Shown here: piece by piece, positions 54,545 to 64,000 of the stretch
How positions within the stretch are numbered: the first letter of the stretch is position 1
How the letters are laid out: each line of letters begins with the position of its first letter
Origin: Octopus sinensis
Taxonomy: Eukaryota
Length of the DNA stretch: 64,000 nt
Assembly (NCBI RefSeq): GCF_006345805.1
Contig: NC_043000.1
Span: forward strand, 144,522,001 to 144,586,000
Direction of reading: 5' to 3'
Notes under the pieces: generated by a model
What the model was told of the DNA's origin: nothing
Seen by the model: only the letters and a program-made list of their open reading frames with translations
Database searches by the model: none
Program-made: the position numbers and the translations under genes

Positions 54545-54750
54545 CAGATATTGGCACATGGCCAGCAAATTTGGCGGTGGGAGTAAACCCATTAAATCGA
54601 CCCCAGTCCTCTATTGTTACTTATTTTATCTATCGCAAAAGGATGAAAAGTATTAAAATATCAATTAACCTCGCTGAATTTGAACTCCGAACACAGATGG
54701 AATGTGCTAAGCATTTTGCCCGACGCGCTTACGATTTTGTCATCTTGCCA
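54545..54750 (-). mobile_element. Old family A SINE copy with the alternative tail
   Basis: ttggcacatggccagcaaattt...atcgaccccag...gaatttgaactccgaac...gctaagcattttgcccgacgcgc. Confidence 0.7.
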
Positions 54751-54796
54751 CCTTCTATTATACTAATATATTTAGATTTAATTTATTGCCTTTTCA

Positions 54797-55094
54797 TCTA
54801 GATCAAAGTGAAATTTGAAACCAATGTATTAAGTTTTATTGTGTACTAAAATTTTCAAAAACAAAAAGAAAGGCTTCAAACAAAACACATAGTTTGAATT
54901 CTTATTCTTTTTCGTGGGTGACTGTACACAGCTACCGGCCCACAGTCGATGCTATGGCGACCAAAGCTCGCTCTGGGCGCCATTGGGGCGATCGTACACA
55001 GCTACCGGCCCACAGTCGACGCTATGAGATCTCCATAGAAAACTCTAATTCTTCAATTGCATGTAACACGGGCAACGCCGGGTATCTCTGCTAG
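54797..55094 (+). mobile_element. Non-autonomous Helitron-like element with an internal 33-bp direct repeat
   Basis: 3' end cgggcaacgccgggtatctctgCTAG|t parallels the other Helitron ends; the 5' boundary (a|TCtagatc) is uncertain. Confidence 0.6.
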
Positions 55095-55886
55095 TAGAAG
55101 ATAAAACTTTGTAGAGGAGGGAATAGTAGGGTTTCATTTAGTTCTTCAAAAGAAATGAAATTTATAGTTTTGGGAATAGGAAATAACTGTAATAGCAAAA
55201 AAACAAACATAATATATTCGTTTGAATGACTGAAACAGTAATACAGTAGCATAGGTGAAAGTGAAACTTTCTTCAAAATTATCTCGATAAAAAATATCTA
55301 TATTATTTCTTAACAGAGAAACGAATATTTGAAGCTTGTAATTTTCAGTATGGAGATAAGGAAGTAACTGTATACAATGAACAACCAAAAATAATGTTAT
55401 AGGATTTCAAATCAGCATGTATATTTTCCTATACGGGAAGTAGTTGTTGTTGAAATTAAGATTAATTGCTCAGACCTGATGCTAGGTTCGGGGAATATAC
55501 GTAAAGAAAATGAAAAATAACATTGTTTCATTGTCTCAAATCCCTGTGATGGAGTACCATACCAAGTAGGCGTCATAACTCACAGACAGTGAACTGTACG
55601 TATACTTTATTTCCTGATGACATGATATAATTTGATTTAAATAACAAAAGCATTCAGAATTACTGAATGTGAAAAAGAAGCAGAAAAATTTACGAAGAAA
55701 TGGCTAAAATGAGAAAAGATTACAGCTTCGCAAGACGAGGGCTTAAAAAAATTGTTTCACCATCAGTATAATATAAAATACGGTACATGTGTTATTTATT
55801 TCACGTAGCTAAACAATAATTTACGACATCGGTGGGAAATGTATGCGTATTTGTGCTGTGGCTCAGTGATTGTGCATTTGCACCTT

Positions 55887-56476
55887 GTCTGATCAATAAG
55901 TATCCGGATTGTTGACATAGTAACGAAGTTAAAGGACACAGAGTGAAGCCGCTTGACATGAAAGCAGTTTTGACACAAACTTGGCGGACACGCGTCCGAT
56001 ACCCAGATCTTCAGTGATAATGAACTGAACTGAACCGTAAGTAATCTTCACATACTCTGATAACTCATGGATGAGGATTTGACGTTGCAATCATATATGT
56101 GAAGTGTTTCGCAGTTCTGCTGGATGCAGGTCTCCCGGAATGTTCGCCAATATCGACATTTTTTCGGTCATGATGGAGATACTTCAAACATTCGTACACT
56201 TGTGTGCCGTTCAAACGCTCCTCTCTATACACTCTCTACAGTTTTGTGTCGGCTTTTGAGAAGGTATTCGCATGACAACTTTCTCTGTCGTGGTCAATGC
56301 GACGATCTCACGCTACACAACTTCATTCCAAACATTGTTGTAAACAGTGGAAGTATCAAAACTTAATGCTCATTCATAGCAGAGTTCAAAGAGAATCTTC
56401 GCCAAGCAGTTTTACTCTGCGTGCTTCAGCTTCGTTAATATGTCAATAGTCCGGATACTTATTGATCAGACTTCGT
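55887..56476 (-). mobile_element. Mariner deletion derivative retaining terminal inverted repeats and only the N-terminal transposase region
   Basis: Inverted repeats gtctgatcaataagtatccgga.t.ttgacata.taacgaag at 55887-55928 and 56430-56471; translation QILIHELSEYVKITYGSVQFIITEDLGIGRVSAKFVSKLL. Confidence 0.88.
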
Positions 56477-56500
56477 TGATTTTCGTTGGCCAATTATTTA

Positions 56501-56502
<2 letters not shown>

Positions 56503-56550
<48 letters not shown>
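56503..56550. repeat. (ATT)n microsatellite
   Basis: Directly visible. Confidence 0.95.
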
Positions 56551-56552
<2 letters not shown>

Positions 56553-57044
56553 TTGTTTTTGCTTTAGTAATGCTCTATTATATTGTCAGTATCTGAAGTG
56601 TTCCACATGTTGCATTCTTTCTTGGCACTTTTTTGAGTGTTACATACATCGAGACTACAATAGAAAAATAATATGGAGTACTACATACATAAAATAACAT
56701 GGACCACTACGTACATGGAGTACTACATACATAATAAAACAATAGGAAAATAACATTTCTGTATTTACTACATACAGAAATACAGCAACAGAAAATAAGG
56801 ACATGGTGACAAAATCTGCAGAAAATGAACAAACATATCAAAACAACAAAGGTTATAATAACAACAAAAAACAGAGAAAATATCAGCAAAAACTTAGATA
56901 ACGTCCTCGACGATTGCAATAAAATAAAAATAAAATCTAAAAAAATCATCAATACGGAATACCACACCAGGAACGCTTCATACACTGACATTCAAACAGA
57001 ACATTACAAAAACTCACCTGCTGAATACGAAAATAATAATGGTA

Positions 57045-57330
57045 TAAATAACTGCACCTGTCGCAAGATATCCTCATATCCGCTCATGAATCAATGTGTT
57101 CAAAAAATCAAATGACACAAATGCATAATCACCAAAGCACAACACAAATGCGCCTATATAGGTACCTCAGAAAAAAACAACTTAAGTTTCGTTATCGCAA
57201 CCATATCTCATCATTCCGAAAGGTAAACTGACGATACCTAACTTCACTAGTAGACTAATATGGAGATTGAAGGAACGAAAAATTAAATGCCAAATGGAGT
57301 GGTCAATAATTATAGTCCTTGAAAGCTATT
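57045..57330 (+). pseudogene. Penelope-like GIY-YIG endonuclease fragment
   Basis: NNCTCRKISSYPLMNQC...CAYIGTSEK, frameshift, then KFRYRNHISSFRK...LIWRLKERKIKCQMEWSII; matches CNC..K..CPL...C..YIG.TE..FK.RY.NH..SF..LS..IW.LK...W.I. Confidence 0.75.
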
Positions 57331-59238
57331 CTATGATTTAAACTATTTCGTCAATATTCTATTTATTTCGATTATATAAATCAATTTTTTAAACATTTTA
57401 AAACAATTTTTAATGGTTTTTTAATGCGTTTTATCAGCAATGTCTTTTCAAATTTAGATATTGCTATGTTCTAATTTTTGCCGTTTCACAAATTCTCCTT
57501 GTAAATGATTTTGAAATTCAAATGAGATTCTAGTTCACATTACCTACTTATAATAGATCTTGGTATAGACGTTCATGTGACTTCCATGTGTCAGTTTCAA
57601 ATACACATATTCATACAATTGTCATACAAAAATGTACGTGAAGTTAACAGAAGGCAACTCAAATATTCCTTGTGGCATATTCAAATACAAAATACTTAGT
57701 TGATGTCACTTTCAAACTATCTATTTCGTAGATTTAACTTTAAACTGAATGGAAAATATTAATCCAACATATTGGAGCCACATCTGGAAATAATATCAAA
57801 ATATTTAATACAAAATTATAAATAATCTCCTGGTATAATAGATTACTGGCAGTGTCAATTGTAATAAAACATATGCATGTTTGTGTGAAGTTTGTAGGCC
57901 CACACTATACTGTTTCTTTTACGATAAACACAGTTAGTTTATGTGTTGGGCTGATATCAGTGTCATGAAAATTGCTTATGTCTCTTGTTTAATGCAAGTG
58001 TGGTAGCGCATGAGGAATTCATAGAGATTATTTTTAAACAGTTTGACATTCATTCATGCATGTTAATTGTTTATTACAACAGTAATCCATATTCAAGCAT
58101 AAAAGCTTAAACAAACATGTAGTTTGTTTCATGAATATAATTTTGTACATTCAGAACTATTATCGCATATGAATTCCATTTCCTTAAGATTAATTTTGGA
58201 CACATCGTATTTAATGAAACAATGAATTTAGTCTGTAGTCCGAATTTACACCGCAAGCCAACCACGGACTGGGAGTGTAGGTTGTCTCTGTTGCAACCAG
58301 GCAAACAAAGCCTCTGTTTCAACGATATTTCGGTATATTGATTTGAGCTTTGCTACCGCACCAAATCATAGATCCGAGTATTTCCGTCACTTGCTTCAAC
58401 AACTCTCGGAGTTCTACAAAATCACATGGCTAATAATCTTTTCAAATTTATCAATGCATTAGTAGAAAATCCCACTTATCAAGCAACTTTTCTGTCCCGA
58501 CTGAATGCTATTCTATGGTACACGAGGATTATCATGTCGTCTATATTCTAAAATCTAATTACGAATAATCCCATATTATAGATTACACCGTTGAATGATA
58601 TTATATAATAGCACGATAGCACTTGCAAACGCCAAAGAATAATAGAACACAGGTTAAAGATATACGTTGCAAAGTTGCATTTTGATTGACTGTAAGTGAA
58701 TTATCTTCGTCAACAGTGAATTATACTATTTTACATAATATGCTACAATTCTGGCTATAATGAATACATATCATTGGAATTCAATGACGTTCTGTCACCA
58801 AATATATTTCTGGCTTTCAGTCAAAAGTATCTTACATAAAGAAGTATAAAATGTATGAGTCAAACATGTGAACTAGCCAGACCCACAATCTAAGCAATAT
58901 TGTATTGATTGATTTACTATACTTCGTAACAAAATTTTACTAAAAAGACGCATATCATCTTAAAAAACCGCGAAAGTGTTAGAAAGGCACAAAATGTTTC
59001 TAAATGAGGATATTATTGCTAAGCGTGGAATGTCCTTCCTTATGAAGTCGTTAACCTAGGGCTAACCTGTTATTAACTACAGATACAACTACGTAACATA
59101 GTTTCGCATCTCCAGTTTCCATTTGAATACATTTCTTCTGGTAGGTACATCTTAAAGGAGGAAGTATCAGAACTTATCTCAATGGTATATGCGGTAATAG
59201 ATATATTGTTGATATTAAGTGTAATGGTATTTTTTGGA

Positions 59239-59471
59239 GGGTGGCAAGCTGGCAGAAACGTTAGCACGCCGGGCGAAATGCTTAGCCATATTTTGTCTGC
59301 CACTACGTTCTGAGTTCAAATTCCGCCGAGGTCGACTTTGCCTTTCATCCTTTCGGGGGTCGATAAATTAAGTACCAGTTACGCACTAGGGTCGATATAA
59401 TCGACTTAATCCGTTTGTCTGTCCTTGTTTGTCCTCTCTGTGTTTAGCTCATTGTGGGTAGTAAAGAAATA
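59239..59471 (+). mobile_element. SINE-like family A monomer
   Basis: Complete head to tail; target-site duplication ggtattttttgga (59226-59238) and ggtatttttttgga (59472-59485), differing by one T. Confidence 0.92.
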
Positions 59472-60201
59472 GGTATTTTTTTGGAAATGGGAATGCATTG
59501 CAGGGTCAAAAGATTTACTTTGTGTATTCCACTATTCATTAATTATATCCTTATAAAATTCAATAACATTCATTATTTCTTATGAAGACTAAATTTCAAG
59601 TAAGTTGTGTAATTTGAATTGATAACGCTCAAACGCCAAATAGAAAACAGTGCATGAATACGGTAACGCAATATTTCTGCTTTCTGTCCTGTGTAACAGC
59701 AAAAACTGAAACCAATGTATTTATGATACTTGAAATATTTTTTGAAGGACACCAATTCTTGTAATACAATCATGCACAGGACACTCATATTACGTTCATA
59801 CCTGCGCATGTGCATCGCCACATACTACACAAACATGTCACTAATTTCAACGAAACTAACGAGAAATTCAACATCACTAGCCGAACGTATATGTAAATTA
59901 CAAGAAATTAATTAAAATATACTAAGAATTGTATAATAATAAAGCATGCACACTCATGTGATACCTTCTCTAGAAAGTGCAGATGAAGGTCGAAGGAATC
60001 CCTATGCATCTTATTGAGCAGCGAAGGGATTACTGACAACTGCCCTAAAAGACTAAGATAATCAAACTATAAACTGTAAGTTACATTTCACAATATAGTA
60101 TTGGTAATTAATTAATTATCAAGGGTTGTCAGTATTTATATACTGCTAGCTAAATCTCTACTCTGGTAGAAATACACTGACAAAAAATGTTATTTGTATG
60201 T

Positions 60202-60507
60202 CACGTGATCACGTGACCGAGCAGAACATCAGATGTTGTTACGCATCGCTGGTCACAGTAGGTTCGCATTGTTTTGGCCTTCGAATGATGCCACTTCGCT
60301 GGCTAAGCGAGCAGGCCAACAGAAGAAAGAGTGAGAGAAAGAGTGGTGAAGGAGTACAGCAGGGATCACTACCCCCTGCCGGAGCCTCGAGGAGCTTTTA
60401 GGTGTTTTCGCTCAATAAACACTCACAACGCCCGGCCTGGGAATCGAAACTGCGATCCTACGACTGCGAGTCCGCTGCCCTAAAAACTAGGCCATTGCGC
60501 CTCCACT
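60202..60507 (-). mobile_element. SINE with the family C 5' module and a different 3' module
   Basis: 60329-60507 matches 8687-8869; 60202-60328 is unrelated to the family C tail; target-site duplication atttgtatgt at 60192-60201 and 60508-60517. Confidence 0.9.
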
Positions 60508-60968
60508 ATTTGTATGTACAGTGATTTATTTTCAGAACCGACTGCATAGCAAGAGGCTGGGATTGAACCTATTTGTATGCAAATATCCATGTACATATGC
60601 ATGCGACCACATGAAGTTTTGTGAGCAATTCTGAGGTAGTTAAAAGATCCTCCGAAAGAGTGGTGAGATATAAACTCAGACAAAGGCTTTATTTTTTTCG
60701 CAATATAATAGGGGCTAATTAAATATTTCTTCAATGAACTATTTCCTTATTCTCTGAACCCACGGTATATAATGATATTGAAATTGTGACTTATTGTATG
60801 TACATTTCCACGTATTTGTGCATGTCACCAGAAACAACCACCGATATGTAGATGGCTTATTCGCAATGAGAACCTAAAGGAAAAATTAATAGCGGTCAGA
60901 AAAGTGACGGTAAACTATACAGCTGTGTACGCTAGAGATTTACCTCCTTTTGTCAGTCATATAGTTGA

Positions 60969-61182
60969 CATTAATCTCTCGTCTATCGCGGGTGTTACGT
61001 TCCAAAAGCACCCGCGATGAAGTAGAAAGAGTACTGTAGTGTATGTTTTCTTTTTATTATTTTCATAATTTGTATTTATTTATTCATTTTATTATAAACG
61101 TAAAACAACACCACAGAGGCATCGACGTAAGCTTAAATAATAAACCGCGATAGGTGAACCGTGATATTGCGAGGGGTTAATG
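60969..61182. mobile_element. pogo/Tigger-like MITE
   Basis: Imperfect terminal inverted repeats cattaatctctcgtctatcgcgg and ccgtgatattgcgaggggttaatg, followed by TA; internal ccgcgat(a/g) subrepeats. Confidence 0.7.
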
Positions 61183-61462
61183 TAGTGCTTTAGTAACTTT
61201 AGAGTTAATCTAACTCTCATTGTAGCATAAGCGGTTCTAGTCAGCACCCACCGTCATTTTTGTGACCTGGGGAATTACAACCGTGTTTCGTGGTCTGTTA
61301 CCATAACAGTTCCTTTATAGGATCCAGTTAGCTCAAGACATCATCAGGAGGTACCACGTTCGGTTTCGGCCCCTCTCCTCTACCGTCTTGACGCGGCGGC
61401 CTCTTCCTTTCGGAGGTGTCTTCAGCTCTGGTGTTGGGTGCATGTCTTCTTTTTTCTTCTTT

Positions 61463-61525
<63 letters not shown>

Positions 61526-61622
61526 GTGTACAAATAACAAGAAAGTGTATGATATATATTAATAACAATAAAGTGTATGGTGACTTGTAGTACATAAAAA
61601 AATATATTTTATGGTTATATAC

Positions 61623-62035
61623 AGGAGCAAAAATGGCTGTGTTCTTAGAACCTTCCGTCGAATGCACATGGTTCCGGGTTCAGTCCCACTGCGTGGCAAT
61701 TTGGGTAATTGTTTTCTACTACAGCCTCGGGTTGACCACAGCCCTGCGAATGGATTTGGTAGATGGTAGCTTAAAGAAGCCTGTCATATATATATATATG
61801 TGTGCGTGTGTTTGTGTGTGTGTATCTATGTGCGTATGTATTCTTGTTTTCGTATTTGTCCTCCCACTACCGCTTGACAACGGATGTGGGTGTATATGCG
61901 TCCCGTAACTTAACAGTTCGGCTAAAGATACCGATAGAATAAGTAGTAAGCTCATAGAATCCTGGGTTCGATTTGTTCGACTAAATGCGTTACTCCAGCA
62001 TGACCGCAGTTAAATGTCTGAAAGAAGTAAAAAAT
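61623..62035 (+). mobile_element. SINE-like family B, diverged copy
   Basis: cacatggttccgggttcagtcccactgcgtggc...gcttgacaacggatg...ccagcatgaccgcagt. Confidence 0.85.
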
Positions 62036-62229
62036 ACAAATACATCATATCATAATGACCTACACGTGTTTCCGCTACAGTGACTACTCTCTGGTGTGAT
62101 ATTTGGTTATTTTCAACGCAGATTCGTCAGTGCTCGTCCATTTGGTGATCCTAAAAGTGAACTGTGAGAAGTAAATTTGAGCTTGTGTTATACGGGATGT
62201 GAGAGATATTATTTATAATTATGTACTCC

Positions 62230-62600
62230 TGGCCTCAATTTCCCCCCAGTCACTGGCTGAATTTAGGGCTTGTTCTAAAATAGCTCAAGGTCGAGAATTT
62301 TGTTATTTTTTATTTGCTTTGGTTATAATGAATGCGGGATTTTTTTTTTTAGATTTCAGGTGTAGTGCTTATATTGAAGATTCATGTTTGTTTAAATTCA
62401 TTTTTGCTTGGGTGGCTCAGAATTCGTGTTAAAAGTTGGGTAGTGTATTTGTCTCACTTTTTTGATAATTGTTATTAAATATTGTAATCTTAGGTTATGT
62501 TATTTCATTTTCCACATGAAGTTTAATTCCTGCTGGGTTGTTGGCTATCTAGAATTATCCTTACTTCCCTTAAAAGTCCTATGATGTTTGCGTAAACATT
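62230..62600 (-). pseudogene. Possible highly decayed PLE GIY-YIG fragment
   Basis: Weak matches NLNKHESS (cf. NHKSSF) and *AILEQA (cf. W.IL..A). Confidence 0.35.
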
Positions 62601-63344
62601 TAAGTGCTCCTCCTGGTTACTATTAATTAATGTGTCTCTAGTATTAATAAATATATTTAACATTGGTGAATTATGTTTCAACGTAGTGTTTCTCTCGTCA
62701 TTCATAACTTAATATATATGTTTTTCTCTTGTATCGTATTAAATATTTTATATGATTTGTAGAATGATACATTAACGTATTTTTAGTACTACCGGATGTC
62801 TTGAATCCTTATGTTGAGACTTAAATATATGTATGCGTATGTGTGTGTTAGAGTGTTTGTGTGTGTGTGTGGGTGTGTGTGTATGTATGCGTGTGGCAAA
62901 TGAAACAAGGGTGATGGAATATAAGAGAATTTATTATTAATCGTGTATATGAGTAGCAATCGACAACTACTAAAGTTTGTTCTAATCGAAATAGTGAAAC
63001 GGAGATAAATAAACGAGGTACTTTATGAAACGTTATCTGACGAGACAAACCTGCTCCAAAAATGCACCACAAATTTTGTACTCTCACACTCGAGGTACCA
63101 ATGCAGGATGGTGCAAAAACATCGCGGGGAATAATAAAGGGCCACGTGGGTTCCATTTACTTAACTTATTTTCGCATTTCATTTACTCTAGAGACACGAA
63201 AGAATTATTGAAGTAAACTCAGTAGCATCTGAATCCATACTGTTGATGAAATGAGGCTTAAGCAGCATACGACCAGGTGCATATCCCCAATGTAAAATTA
63301 TTGCTTCTATGTGCGACTGATTATATTTACATTGTTAGATCTGT

Positions 63345-63468
63345 TTTTTAAGTCGAAGAAGTACAAGGCTTGAAAGTATATAATCAGTATTGTGGTCGAT
63401 TTATTCGACTAAAATTCTTCAAGGCGGTGGCTATGCATGGCTGCAGTCTAACGACTGAAACTAGTAAT
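63345..63468 (+). mobile_element. SINE-like family B, 3'-end fragment
   Basis: ggtcgatttattcgactaaaa...aaggcggtgg...gcatggctgcagtc.aa.gactgaaac.agtaa. Confidence 0.7.
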
Positions 63469-64000
63469 GTATTAATGTATTAAGCATAACACATAAAATG
63501 CTACCAGAAAGTCGCTCTGCAAAGTCAATATAATAATTGCCATATGCAAAGAACACATCTTACTGCACTCTATGACTGAAAAATAGCATGAAGTAATACG
63601 ACACTTGAAAACGATTGGATTAAAACGAATATGTATGTCAGCGGCAGCGATGAATAAAAAATCATTGCCTCCTAAATGAGGTAAATAATAAAGCGTGCAG
63701 TTGAAGAAAGAAAATCAAAATGGAAACATACGCTTTTGAATTATTATTCTTTTCACTTCAATCAATTTTTTTATAACCTCCGGAGGACTTAATACATACG
63801 CAAAATTACTCTTCTGATACTTTGCTGTGTAGTATGGCGATTGCACTTACATTTCCTTTTTATACAAGAAATTCATTGGTTAAAAGTTCCAGTTATTAAA
63901 ATTATTTTTGTACTTTATATGCAGAAGTATGATTACAGATTTACATGCAATTATCTAATAGTGAAGTAATATAAAATTTACTTTGAAATAAACGAAATAT

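Noticed and set aside
54924-55026. CRISPR array
   Set aside because: Only two repeats, eukaryotic context, no cas genes, and it lies inside a Helitron-like element.

Overview
AT-rich eukaryotic DNA with dense microsatellites and no recognisable host protein-coding gene. Almost all ORFs in the supplied track are translations of simple repeats or repeat elements. The repeat content resembles a cephalopod (octopus-like) genome, which is inference from composition and repeat style, not a database result. The window contains four families of tRNA-headed SINE-like repeats that swap 3' modules, two decayed mariner transposase remnants, a mariner deletion derivative, a pogo/Tigger-like MITE, three short non-autonomous Helitrons, a probable Chapaev-type transposase end, a decayed RTE LINE ending in C2H2-like fingers, and several Penelope-like (PLE) GIY-YIG endonuclease fragments. 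The most interesting signal is a dispersed set of minimal type I hammerhead ribozyme motifs. One at 7409-7444 has an intact consensus; others sit at about 2943, 3315, 21142 and 31683. At 31048-31790 a PLE GIY-YIG fragment, a tRNA-like promoter segment, an (AAT)n tract and a hammerhead are physically joined, with an inverted second copy upstream. Also notable are two different GIY-YIG domains joined in frame, a SINE whose target site matches its own internal array junction, and long hairpins beside (TA)n tracts. All RNA folds and protein alignments were done by eye.
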